Positions 17,989 through 27,455 of a stretch of 60,644 bases of DNA are shown piece by piece. The stretch spans positions 1 to 60,644 of the forward strand of contig CBFGKC010000002.1 of the NCBI GenBank assembly GCA_965649265.1, read 5' to 3'. Position 1 is the stretch's first letter; every line of letters begins with the position of its first letter. The position numbers and the translations under genes are program-made. The notes under the pieces are model-generated. The model had not been told where the DNA came from. It made no database searches and worked only from the letters and a program-made list of their open reading frames with translations. Origin of the DNA: a candidate division WOR-3 bacterium (GTDB lineage: Bacteria > Hydrothermota > Tepidihabitantia > B3-TA06).

Positions 17989-19911
17989 TTAAATCTTTTC
18001 GAGAAGTTCGCGCGACTTGTCAGGTTCTGCCCTGCCCTGACTCTGCGCTGTCACCTCACCGAGAAGAAAATCTAATGTCAACTCCGGACTTCTGTACTGC
18101 ACGTCCTTGAACTCCAATTTGACCTTACTGCATAAGGTCTCAAGATCCGCTTCCGAGAGAGGGGGAGGGGGTTCCAGTTTGTCTCCGTAAAGAAGCTTCT
18201 CGAAAGAAAGATATAGGGCCCTGCGCGGGGTTTTGCGCTCTGCCGCAAGCTTAAGGAAACGTTCGATATCCTCGTCCGCGATGCAAGGAGGGACAAGACT
18301 TACCTCAACCATGTCCCTCGTAATCTCGCGCCGCCACGAAACCAGAATCTCCGCAAGGAACTTCGGTTCCATCTCAAGTTTCTCCACAAGCCTGTCAAAC
18401 AGCCTTGCCCTTGTATCTATCGCGAGTTTTTTCGCAAGGTGCGCGGGGATATCCATGTTGAGATAACGCTCCTCTCGCTCCCACGGACGCGGTGCCATAT
18501 CCTGTGAAATTCGTTCGACCCGCTCCCGCGCGAGCGCGATGGGCGGTGAGTCGGTATCCGGGTACATCCTGTCCGGGCCGGGAAGTATGCGCTCGAAATC
18601 GGTGCGGCAGGCGTCGGGCATGTGCTGGCGAGTTTCCTGTGGCACGAACTCTGCGGCCTCCTTGGCCCTTGCGATCACCTCGTCGACCGCGGTCCTTGCG
18701 TCCTGCGCCGGTCCCCAGACGAGCACGACGGCGTCATCGGCAGATGCCGATATGGCCTTGCGCAGGCGAACCTCCTCCTCAAGACCTATCCCCTCGCCTT
18801 TTTCGTCGAGAACGAATATGTTCGGCATCTCGTCCAGGCATGCGATTACACGCACACGGCCGGCAACCTCGTTCGCGAACGTCAGACCGGGTTGAGTCTT
18901 GTACCTGAGAAGTTCGTCCCATCCCTCGAGCACGACCGCTTTCACGACATCGCCCTGCTTGACTCTGGCCGAGAGCCTCTCGTTCGTTGAATTCTCAACG
19001 AGGCTCGTGACGTCGACCTCCCTCGCGCCGAAACTCTCCGGGGTTATGCCTTTCCCGGCAAGCTTTTCCTTGAGCTCGAGCAGCGCCTTGTGCCGCAGCG
19101 CCTCGTAATGCGTGAGTGCCCGAATGTCCGGCGTCCGGGGAACGCCCTTTATCTCGACCCTGTCTGAACCGATAATAGATACGTTCACGTCCTGGCGCGC
19201 GGAACCGATTCCCCTGCGAACCCTGCCGGAGGCTCTCAATAGTCTGCCTAAAAGCTCATCCACCTCAGCCGCCTCATGCGGGGTGAACATGTCCGGCTTG
19301 GTAACGATCTCAATGAGGGGGGTGGAGAGGCGGTCGGTTCTGAATATTATCGTATGGCGTTTGTCCTCGACTTCCCTGCACGCGTCCTCCTCCAGCGCGA
19401 GCTGCTGGATTCTTACCTTTCTTCCCCTGTACGGTATCCAGCCGTTGACGCCGATTATGGCCGTGCGCTGGAAGCCCGTCGGAATGGAACCGTCCAGGTA
19501 TTGCTTGCGAGTGATATGCACCTCGTCAACGAGCTGGCAGTTGAGCATGAGCGCGATCTCGATAGCGTAATCCAGCGCCTCCTGGTTTATCGGGAAGGGA
19601 GGGGTGTCGTCCATCTCGTAGGTGCAGACATTGTCCCTGTAGAGCTGATATATGACCTGCTTCTTGGTCTTGAATTCCATGAGCGCGGTGCCGTCGTAGG
19701 TACCCATCTCCGATAACGTCGGGCGCATGTGCCTCAGTATGACGGCATCGGGCTCGTCGTTGCGGTATCCCACGGGGCAGTGGCAGAAGAGCTTCTTCGA
19801 AGTGTTCAACTGCTGGTGAATCTCGAGTCCGCACTTGAATCCGAGCTTCGAATAAAACTCCTTGTCGTCGAAATCCACGCCCTCGGTCAACTTCTTATGC
19901 CACGCATCCAT
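17989..19911 (-). CDS. gatE: Glu-tRNA(Gln) amidotransferase subunit E
   Basis: GLEIHQQL..KLFC, DGSIPTGFQRT, LEEDACR, DRLSTPLIEI, RRGIGSARQDVNVSI, PGPDRMYPDTD, plus AspRS-like insertion. Confidence 0.92.
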   Translation of the reverse strand: MDAWHKKLTEGVDFDDKEFYSKLGFKCGLEIHQQLNTSKKLFCHCPVGYRNDEPDAVILRHMRPTLSEMGTYDGTALMEFKTKKQVIYQLYRDNVCTYEMDDTPPFPINQEALDYAIEIALMLNCQLVDEVHITRKQYLDGSIPTGFQRTAIIGVNGWIPYRGRKVRIQQLALEEDACREVEDKRHTIIFRTDRLSTPLIEIVTKPDMFTPHEAAEVDELLGRLLRASGRVRRGIGSARQDVNVSIIGSDRVEIKGVPRTPDIRALTHYEALRHKALLELKEKLAGKGITPESFGAREVDVTSLVENSTNERLSARVKQGDVVKAVVLEGWDELLRYKTQPGLTFANEVAGRVRVIACLDEMPNIFVLDEKGEGIGLEEEVRLRKAISASADDAVVLVWGPAQDARTAVDEVIARAKEAAEFVPQETRQHMPDACRTDFERILPGPDRMYPDTDSPPIALARERVERISQDMAPRPWEREERYLNMDIPAHLAKKLAIDTRARLFDRLVEKLEMEPKFLAEILVSWRREITRDMVEVSLVPPCIADEDIERFLKLAAERKTPRRALYLSFEKLLYGDKLEPPPPLSEADLETLCSKVKLEFKDVQYRSPELTLDFLLGEVTAQSQGRAEPDKSRELLEKI

Positions 19912-21299
19912 TACCTTAAACCTCTTTTCAAAAACTCTTCGATCTCGGGAAGCCCGCCCTGGAAGATGAGGTAGCCGTCGTGCGGTTCGCGCTCGGTTAT
20001 CTCTCCGTTGACCGGAGTGTTCATCATTTTCGCCACCTCCTGTCTGTCATGCGTGTGCGCGAGCACCCAGCCGAGCTTTATGTAGGCGACCTCAGGCAGC
20101 ATGTTCGAGCAGGGAACGACACCGAGTTCCATGAGATCGCGGCCCGTATCGTAGACGAACATCTGAACGTAGCCCCAGAGGGTCTGCACGGTCATGACCA
20201 CCGAGATGCCCTGTTTGCAGGCCTTGCGAAGCGGTTCGTAGAGCGGCTTGTTGACGTGCCCGAGCCCGGTGCCCGCAATCACGATGCCCTTGTAGCCGTT
20301 GTCGATGAGGGATTCTATGATATCAGGCTTCATGGCGGGGTAGTAGTAGACGATAGCCACGCGGTCGTCGAACACTGCGTCCACCTTCACATTGCGGTCC
20401 TCTCTTCTGGGCTTGAAATCCTTTCGAATCGGATTCACGGCATCCGGTGTGCAGGTCGCAACAGGGATATCGGAGAGTGTCCTGAACGTCGAGCGGTAAG
20501 ACGAATGCATCTTGCGAACCCTAGTTCCTCTATGCAGAAGATTGTAGGAATCTGATGTCGGGCCGAACATGCAGACCATCACCTCCGCTATCGGGCCCCG
20601 CGCCGCGGTGTTGCAGGCGCATCTTAAATTGAACGCCGCGTCCGATGAAGGACGATCACTCGAACGCTGGGAACCGACCATTATGATGGGCACGGGCGAA
20701 TCCTGAACCATGAAGGTCAAGACGGCCGCCGTGTGATGCATTGTATCGGTTCCGTGGCCGATAACGATCCCTGCTGCACCGGCCTCTATCTCTCTGCCTA
20801 TGGCCTTCGCGGTAGTGATGTACTGCTCGGGTCCCATGTTCTCCGAGAATACACCGAAAAGCTTCTCCGTCTTCAAATTGCATATGTCCGCCAGCTCGGG
20901 CACCGCGCCGTAAAGCTCACCGGGCGTGAACGCCGGGATTACCGCGCCTGTCCTGTAGTCGAGCCTCGAGGCGATAGTCCCCCCGGTACCCAGGAGCGTG
21001 ACGTTCGGCTTCACGGGATCAAAGGGAAACTCCTTTTCAGGGATCTTGTAGTGCGCCTCGCGGAACCCCTTCTCGGTCACGCGCTTAATCCTGTCGACCG
21101 CCAATCCGACATTGTATCCGGTGTCCAGTTTCAAAACCATGTGCTGGTCATCGGCCTGCTCGGAACGAGGTAGTATAATGCCCTCAAATATACCCTTGTC
21201 GGTCTCGATCTCAACGTCCGCCCAAACCCGCGCCCCCATACTGGATAATACCTCGCGCGCGCGTCCGCGGTAGCCTTTAAGTTGGTCAGTTTCGTTCAT
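19911..21299 (-). CDS. gatD: Glu-tRNA(Gln) amidotransferase subunit D
   Basis: N-terminal LKLDTGYNVG domain plus asparaginase core GTGGTIASRLDYRTGAV, HGTDTM, SQRSSDRPSSDA, RKMHSS. Confidence 0.93.
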   Translation of the reverse strand: MNETDQLKGYRGRAREVLSSMGARVWADVEIETDKGIFEGIILPRSEQADDQHMVLKLDTGYNVGLAVDRIKRVTEKGFREAHYKIPEKEFPFDPVKPNVTLLGTGGTIASRLDYRTGAVIPAFTPGELYGAVPELADICNLKTEKLFGVFSENMGPEQYITTAKAIGREIEAGAAGIVIGHGTDTMHHTAAVLTFMVQDSPVPIIMVGSQRSSDRPSSDAAFNLRCACNTAARGPIAEVMVCMFGPTSDSYNLLHRGTRVRKMHSSYRSTFRTLSDIPVATCTPDAVNPIRKDFKPRREDRNVKVDAVFDDRVAIVYYYPAMKPDIIESLIDNGYKGIVIAGTGLGHVNKPLYEPLRKACKQGISVVMTVQTLWGYVQMFVYDTGRDLMELGVVPCSNMLPEVAYIKLGWVLAHTHDRQEVAKMMNTPVNGEITEREPHDGYLIFQGGLPEIEEFLKRGLR

Positions 21300-21334
21300 T
21301 TAATCTTTTCCTTCGGGTCTTTGTATTGGGAGTG

Positions 21335-21404
21335 ATGATACTCCATAAGGCGTGAAAGTCAAGAAGTTGGGAAGTCTTGACAAATGTCTCCCGAGGTCTA
21401 AACT
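21335..21404. promoter_or_regulatory. Divergent sigma70-like promoters
   Basis: Minus TTGACT-16-TATCAT (21335-21362); plus TTGACA-16-TAAACT (21377-21404). Confidence 0.65.
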
Positions 21405-21435
21405 AATCTCGTAAACTTCGAATTGGAGGACAGGG

Positions 21436-22836
21436 ATGAGAAGAATCCACATTATCGCAGTGCTAATCCTAATCGCCGGCTCTTCAGCTTATGCGGGGTG
21501 GTGGAGGACGTATGGAGATGAAGGATATAATTGCAATGCATATTGTGTTCTGCAAACTGATGACGGAGGGTATATAATTTCTGGCGATCCTTGGCAACTG
21601 ATGAAAGTAGATAAAAAGGGAGCCATCGAATGGAAAACTGATAGAGGTTATCCTGCTAAAGGCTGGGGAGGGTATTGTGTCGATAAAACCGATGGCGGTG
21701 GATATATTACGTGTGGCCACCAACCAGTAAGTAATTATAGTTGGTTTTATATGTTAGCCAAATACAACGGGGTAGGTGATACACAGTGGACTCGTAGATG
21801 GGGGGGTGGGGGGTGGTCACCTCGGTGGATAGAACAAACCTGTGATGGTGGTTACATAGTAACGGGTTCTATTGTTTGTATAGACGAGTTCGAACCGTGG
21901 TCTGTGATTACCTTATGTAAGACGGATAATGAGGGTAATATAGTGTGGGAGAAATTCTACGGTCTTCAATATGCGGATCAGTTTAGCTATGGTCATTGTG
22001 TTCAGCAAACCACGGATGGTGGTTATATCGTTTCAGGTGTTACGTGGTTAGAGTTGCTTTGGTTAATAAAGACGGATTCCATGGGTAATACAATGTGGGA
22101 AATAAAAGGAAACGGAGACGTGCCGCTGGAACTAGGCGTAGGACGGTTTGTGCGACAAACGACCGATGGAGGTTATATTGTTGTCGGGAACATGTATTTC
22201 GCTAATCATGATGAGTCTATTTACCTGCTTAGAACAGATTCCTTAGGTAACATATTATGGACTAAATACTTCGGAGATGAAACCTATGGAGATGATGCAC
22301 GATGCGTCCAGCAAACTATTGACGGGGGGTACATAATTACGGGTTACAACCGTTCTTTAAAAATGAATAACGATCTCTGGCTTATAAAGACAGACTTCTT
22401 GGGTGATACCCTTTGGACTCGAACTTATGGAGGAGAAGGATCGGATGTAGGTAACTCCGTACAACAAACGGGCGACGGCGGATATATAGTTGCAGGCTCT
22501 ACAACCTCTTTTGGAGCAGGCGAAAGTGACATCTATCTTTTGAAGACCGATTCCCTCGGCCTTCTCGGTATCTCCGAACCGCCCCCCGTAACACCCGTAA
22601 CACACCTCGAGATACTCTCATCGATTGGTCTTTCCATTACCATGCGTTACTCAAATTGCCAAGGCGGGTTTCGTGCGTTAGTCTACGATGCAGGGGGGAG
22701 GAGGGTGGATGAAATTATCGCCCCAAACCAATCCGGAGTCTTGGTTTGGGGAACCCGCCAGAATCCTGGAATCTACTTCATAAGGGTGGACTTGGGAGCA
22801 ATGCCTGCGGCTCAAAAGATCGTTATTATAAAATAA
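21436..22836 (+). CDS. Secreted beta-propeller repeat protein with T9SS/FlgD-like C-terminal domain
   Basis: Signal peptide; 7 x (Q)TxDGGYI..G..(W)L.KTD..G...W repeats; YDAGGRRV..PGIYFIR..KIVIIK tail. Confidence 0.85.
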   Translation: MRRIHIIAVLILIAGSSAYAGWWRTYGDEGYNCNAYCVLQTDDGGYIISGDPWQLMKVDKKGAIEWKTDRGYPAKGWGGYCVDKTDGGGYITCGHQPVSNYSWFYMLAKYNGVGDTQWTRRWGGGGWSPRWIEQTCDGGYIVTGSIVCIDEFEPWSVITLCKTDNEGNIVWEKFYGLQYADQFSYGHCVQQTTDGGYIVSGVTWLELLWLIKTDSMGNTMWEIKGNGDVPLELGVGRFVRQTTDGGYIVVGNMYFANHDESIYLLRTDSLGNILWTKYFGDETYGDDARCVQQTIDGGYIITGYNRSLKMNNDLWLIKTDFLGDTLWTRTYGGEGSDVGNSVQQTGDGGYIVAGSTTSFGAGESDIYLLKTDSLGLLGISEPPPVTPVTHLEILSSIGLSITMRYSNCQGGFRALVYDAGGRRVDEIIAPNQSGVLVWGTRQNPGIYFIRVDLGAMPAAQKIVIIK

Positions 22837-22934
22837 CCATTATCCATCTTGACAGGATGCTTTTTCATATTACAATATTTACGTAAACTTTGTGGTCATC
22901 CGTATGAGGTTGAAGCGGATGAAAGGAGGATAGG

Positions 22935-24506
22935 ATGTTTGTTTACGCTTTCCTTATCACAATCGGAGCCTTAAGCTCAAACAGCGCGGTGGATTATATA
23001 ATGGAATCCAGAATGGCGGCGAACACGGCCAAAGAGAGCAAAGGCGAAATAGCCTCAAAACCCGCCGATTCTTTAATAACCGAATGGACAGGCGCAGGAA
23101 ATCTGACCGGATACAATGTAAGCAACGACCTTCAGGGATGTGGACACTTCCCTGGTCTTGATTCTAGCTATCTGGGAACAGGCGAATTCCCCAGGGGGTC
23201 GGAAGAATACTACATCTACTCCGCGGGGTTCTGGTTCGGCGCCCTGCTTGAAAACAACAAGCCTTCCGTCTCTAAGGCGGCTTACAATTGCGATATGGGC
23301 GCCATGTCCGTACCCGAGATGACGAACGCAGGCCCCCTGGGAGACATATCGGGCAGAGGTATATACAAAAGCACAATGCTGATACCTGAAGGTTACGAAG
23401 GCGCCGGCGATTTCCTTTTTGTCCAATACGGCGAAGAGCCAAAGCCGTATCAGATTCCATGGCCTTTTACCGATCTTTCATTGAACAAACATTTTGCGAC
23501 CCAGGACGACTCGCTTGAAGAAGGCGACATTTTTTCCGACGAGGATACCTATACGATCGGAGGCGACTGGATACCTGAAGACCAGGCCTTAACAAGATGG
23601 GTGCTTTCCACGGGTCCATACGACGAAAACGGGCTTGGAATAAGGGTCGAACAGAGGACTTATTCGTGGAGCAAGGCGTATCTGGCCGACGTGATCGTGA
23701 TCAACTACAAGATAATGAACATGAACGACTTTGCGCTCAAGGCTCCCTGCTTCAGCTTTTTTATGGACCCCGATATCGGCTATGGCGGAGCATTCCCCGG
23801 CGACAAGGGCAGTTGGGATGACTTAACGGGTTTCGACAAGGCGCGTGATCTTGGATATGCCTACGATTCGGATTCTTACGAGGAAGGATGGTCTAACAGC
23901 CCGGGATACATAGGTGTAGTCTTCCTCGAAACCCCTGACGGGCGAGGATTGACAGGATTTGTATCTTATGAAAATAAGGCCGATCAGCTTGTCGACAACC
24001 CCGGAACAGACAGCATTAAGTACTCATACATGAATTTAAAGGTTTTTAATGCAATGGAAAATCCCACAGAAGTTCGAATGTTATTGAACTCCGGACCTTA
24101 TCCTGATTTGAAACCGGACAGTGAGTGCAATTATACAGTCGGCATCGTCGCAGGAGAGACCTATTCGACGATGATTGAAACGGTCGACAGGATAAGGGAA
24201 GATTTCAATCTGGGTGTGACCGAAGATGAGATTGGCAGCTACGCCCCCCTCCCCCTTGCTCTCGAGGTAGTGAGAGGGTCTGAACACGAATACGCCATCC
24301 GGTATACCTTACCCGCTCAGACGGATGTGAGTATCGGCGTCTACGACGCGTCGGGCCGCAGGCTGGAGGTTTTGAGAGCCGCTCGTGAGACCGCAGGCAC
24401 TCACTTCTTTACATGGGATGCCGGTGGAGTGTCCTCGGGCGTCTACTTCGTGAGGCTCGAGACTGGTGCGGGTTCTGCGACCGCGAAGCTTCTGGTCCTT
24501 GATTGA
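22935..24506 (+). CDS. Secreted protein with T9SS/FlgD-like C-terminal domain
   Basis: FMDPDIG..DD..GFD..RDLGYAYD core; IRYTLP..VYDASGR..WDA..SGVYFVRL..KLLVLD tail. Confidence 0.8.
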   Translation: MFVYAFLITIGALSSNSAVDYIMESRMAANTAKESKGEIASKPADSLITEWTGAGNLTGYNVSNDLQGCGHFPGLDSSYLGTGEFPRGSEEYYIYSAGFWFGALLENNKPSVSKAAYNCDMGAMSVPEMTNAGPLGDISGRGIYKSTMLIPEGYEGAGDFLFVQYGEEPKPYQIPWPFTDLSLNKHFATQDDSLEEGDIFSDEDTYTIGGDWIPEDQALTRWVLSTGPYDENGLGIRVEQRTYSWSKAYLADVIVINYKIMNMNDFALKAPCFSFFMDPDIGYGGAFPGDKGSWDDLTGFDKARDLGYAYDSDSYEEGWSNSPGYIGVVFLETPDGRGLTGFVSYENKADQLVDNPGTDSIKYSYMNLKVFNAMENPTEVRMLLNSGPYPDLKPDSECNYTVGIVAGETYSTMIETVDRIREDFNLGVTEDEIGSYAPLPLALEVVRGSEHEYAIRYTLPAQTDVSIGVYDASGRRLEVLRAARETAGTHFFTWDAGGVSSGVYFVRLETGAGSATAKLLVLD

Positions 24507-24525
24507 CAACTATTGGACTTGATGA

Positions 24526-24553
24526 AACGGGCCCTAGGGGCCCGTTCTTTTTT
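24526..24553 (+). terminator. Rho-independent terminator
   Basis: AACGGGCCC-TAG-GGGCCCGTT followed by T-tract. Confidence 0.75.
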
Positions 24554-24644
24554 CGCTCTGAAGGAAGGGTCCCCGCAGAGTGGTTTTATCGTCATCTGGA
24601 AAAACTAGTCAAGAATGAGAGGAGCGTTCTGAGGAGGGTGAGGA

Positions 24645-24774
24645 GGGGACCCCCATCAAGATGCGAAGTAGATTGATGGGATATAGGAGAGGGGTCCACG
24701 AGTGAATACGGAGTATTCGCTTGGGGGTGAGATACTGGGGTCCCCGGAGAAGTTACAGAGTAACTTCTCCGGGG
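24645..24774 (+). repeat. Cluster of three repeat family B hairpins
   Basis: 24645-24680, 24691-24726 and 24737-24774, each GGGG(A/T)CC.. + hairpin + GGG(G), at a 46-nt period. Confidence 0.8.
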
Positions 24775-24778
24775 CGAA

Positions 24779-24806
24779 GTGTGTTACGGGTAGAGCGTGT
24801 TACGGG
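24779..24806. repeat. Repeat family A end motif
   Basis: GTGTTACGGG x2 abutting TTGACA at 24807. Confidence 0.6.
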
Positions 24807-24900
24807 TTGACAATTGCCCTCCTTCGCTTATCCTTCTTGTGTAATGCAGTTACGCAGTGCGCAAAGGTAATCGTTTGCACACGTGCGTAGAGGAGTGATT

Positions 24901-25353
24901 ATGATTCAACCTAACTGGATAATGGTTTTCGTGTGGGCCGGTGTGGCCGTGCTCTTTCTTGTGGGCGAGATATTCTCCGCAGGTTTCGCATTGTTATGGT
25001 TCGGAATAGGGGCTGGCGTATCGGCCGTTCTTGCCGTATTTAATCTTCCATTGTGGTTGCAGATAATTGTTTTCATCTTCCTATCCTCGGTTCTCTTCGG
25101 ACTGTCCCGGATATTTTTCAAACGCGTCACCCGCAACGCCGAAAAAGTTGGCATTGCGTCCGACCGGGCGATAGGCAAGACGGGAGTCGTCATTGTAAGG
25201 ATTGACCCCGACATCGGCAAGGGAATGGTAAGGGTGGACCACGAGGAGTGGCGCGCCGAGAGCGTCGATGGAAAACCGATAGAAGCAGGAAAGAAAGTCG
25301 AGGTCGTTCGCCTCGAGGGCGTGCGGCTGTTTGTAAAATCCAAGGAGGAATAA
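24901..25353 (+). CDS. NfeD family protein
   Basis: Three TM segments plus OB-fold GKTGVV..GMVRV..EEWRAES..GKKVEVV; AGGAG RBS. Confidence 0.9.
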   Translation: MIQPNWIMVFVWAGVAVLFLVGEIFSAGFALLWFGIGAGVSAVLAVFNLPLWLQIIVFIFLSSVLFGLSRIFFKRVTRNAEKVGIASDRAIGKTGVVIVRIDPDIGKGMVRVDHEEWRAESVDGKPIEAGKKVEVVRLEGVRLFVKSKEE

Positions 25354-26322
25354 ATGCCTGTAGTTTGCTGGGTTTTGCTCCCGATAGGAATACTGTTTAT
25401 TTTAATAGTGGTGCTGAGTTCGCTCCGCATCGTTCAGCCGTGGCAAAAGGGACTTGTTGTCAGGCTCGGCCGCTACCAGAGAACGGTCAGTCCTGGTTTG
25501 AACATGATAAACCCCTTCCTGGAACGTCTGACCAAGGTGGACATGCGCGAGCAGGTAGTAGACGTCCCGCCGCAGGAAGTCATAACCGAAGATAACGTTG
25601 TAGTGACCGTTGACGCCGTGATCTATTACGAGGTCACCGACCCCGTGAAGGTCACCTACAACGTCCAGGACTTCCGCATGGCCGTCATCAAGCTCGCCCA
25701 GACGAACCTGAGGAACGTGGTAGGCGACCTTACGCTGGATACGTCGCTGACCTCACGTGAATCCATAAACGCAAAACTCCGCTCGGTGCTCGATGAGGCC
25801 ACGGACAAGTGGGGAACCCGCGTAACCCGCGTGGAGCTGCAGCGCATCGAGCCGCCGCGCGACGTGACCGACGCAATGCACAAGCAGATGAGAGCGGAGC
25901 GCGAGCGCCGCGCCATGGTTCTCGAGGCGCAGGGCGTCAAGGAAGCGACCATAAACAAGGCCGAAGGCGACAGGCAGGCAAGGATTCTGCAGTCGGAAGG
26001 CGAAAAGCAGTCGGCAATTCTCCGGGCCGAGGGTGAAGCCCAGGCCATCGAGCGCATCGCTACGGCCGAGCGCTTCAAGAGGATAGCGGTCGCCGAAGGC
26101 GAGGCTCAGGCCGTCAAGAACGTGTTCGCCGCCATCCACGAGGGCAATCCCTCGAACGATCTTCTCGCCATAAAGTACATGGAGGCCCTGCAGGCAATCG
26201 CGCAGGGTTCTGCCAACAAGGTATTCTTGCCCTACGAAGCCTCTGGAATAATGTCCTCGATAGCGGGCATTGCCGAGCTGTTCAAGGACAAACTACCTAA
26301 AGAAGACAAGAAAACCAAGTAA
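25354..26322 (+). CDS. SPFH/Band 7 stomatin-like protein (QmcA type)
   Basis: [35 protein letters not shown]; canonical partner of NfeD. Confidence 0.93.
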   Translation: MPVVCWVLLPIGILFILIVVLSSLRIVQPWQKGLVVRLGRYQRTVSPGLNMINPFLERLTKVDMREQVVDVPPQEVITEDNVVVTVDAVIYYEVTDPVKVTYNVQDFRMAVIKLAQTNLRNVVGDLTLDTSLTSRESINAKLRSVLDEATDKWGTRVTRVELQRIEPPRDVTDAMHKQMRAERERRAMVLEAQGVKEATINKAEGDRQARILQSEGEKQSAILRAEGEAQAIERIATAERFKRIAVAEGEAQAVKNVFAAIHEGNPSNDLLAIKYMEALQAIAQGSANKVFLPYEASGIMSSIAGIAELFKDKLPKEDKKTK

Positions 26323-26342
26323 AGAAATATATTTCGGATTCA

Positions 26343-26372
26343 AGCCCGGGGCCGCGGTCCCGGGCTTTTTTC
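26343..26372 (+). terminator. Rho-independent terminator
   Basis: AGCCCGGG..CCCGGGCT followed by TTTTT. Confidence 0.75.
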
Positions 26373-26520
26373 ATGGTGAGATCAGGTGGATAAGCTATTG
26401 ACCTTTCAATTAATCCGTACATAATTATCCATAAGTGGAAAGGATTGTTGCATATTAAGCGATCCTTGATATTTGTGAAAAGCATGGCACTTAATTTAGT
26501 GCGTAATATAAGGAGTCAAT

Positions 26521-27180
26521 ATGCTGGAACAACAGGATCACAAGAGTATGATTCGCGTAGCCGTCTTTTACGACGGCGGCTACCTTAACGAGGTAAGCAA
26601 CTTCTATAAATTTTATCATCCAAAACAATCGAGGATATCCATTCACGGCATCCACACCTTCATCCGCCATCAGGTCTCGGAACTCGAACACGTCGAGGAA
26701 CGCCGTGTGCAGATTGTCGAGGCCCACTACTTCAGGGGTCGCTTCAGCGCGGAGGCAGCCGATATGGCCGGAAAGCTCAAGGCCGAGAGGATGTTCGACG
26801 ACGTGCTCATACGCGCGGGCGTGATTCAGCACTACCTTCCGGTCGACGAGAGGGCCTACAGGCCCCAGGAAAAGGGAATAGACGTGTGGCTTTCGCTTGA
26901 GGCGTTCGATCTCGCCGTCCACAAGAAGCTCGACGTCGTGGGCCTTCTCGGCTGTGACGGTGACTACGTCCCGCTTGTGCGCAAATTGAACGGCATAGGC
27001 ACGCGCGTAATCCTACTGTCCTGGGATTTCAAGTACGTGATGCCGGACGGCTCCGAGCGCGAGACCCGCACCTCAAGGGCACTCATTAACGAGGTGACTT
27101 ACCCGGTCGTAATGCAGGAGATTATTGACAACCCTGCCGCGGCGGCCGAATACCACATCGAAGAGCTATTCATAGACTGA
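26521..27180 (+). CDS. NYN domain (LabA/DUF88, PIN-like) protein
   Basis: VFYDGGY, EKGIDV.L, GCDGDYVPLVRKL...G.RV. Confidence 0.9.
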   Translation: MLEQQDHKSMIRVAVFYDGGYLNEVSNFYKFYHPKQSRISIHGIHTFIRHQVSELEHVEERRVQIVEAHYFRGRFSAEAADMAGKLKAERMFDDVLIRAGVIQHYLPVDERAYRPQEKGIDVWLSLEAFDLAVHKKLDVVGLLGCDGDYVPLVRKLNGIGTRVILLSWDFKYVMPDGSERETRTSRALINEVTYPVVMQEIIDNPAAAAEYHIEELFID

Positions 27181-27327
27181 GCATTTAAAGACAAAAATCG
27201 GGACCTGCCAGGGCATGAAAGAGAGAGGCGGTAGGGTTAACTCGGGGTGAACAACGCTGGCGCACCTTTGTTTCCTTTATAAAAGATTCTCGTTGCCCAA
27301 GAAGATCCACTGCCTGTGAGAGAGTGT

Positions 27328-27449
27328 TTCTGAGGGCGAGCGCCGGAGGCGCTGTGCGCAAGCTCCGCTTCCGCCATTCCACATCAAAATATCAAGGGTG
27401 AGCGCCGGGGGTGCATGAACAGAATGGAATTCTGCAGAGAGGACTGAGG
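27328..27449. repeat. Repeat family C copy 2 (inverted)
   Basis: Reverse complement of 1969-2084. Confidence 0.8.
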
Positions 27450-27455
27450 TAACCT

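Noticed and set aside
24645-24774. Regularly spaced ~36-nt units as a CRISPR array
   Set aside because: The variable part is inside the hairpin, spacers are only 10 nt, there are just three units and no cas genes are present.
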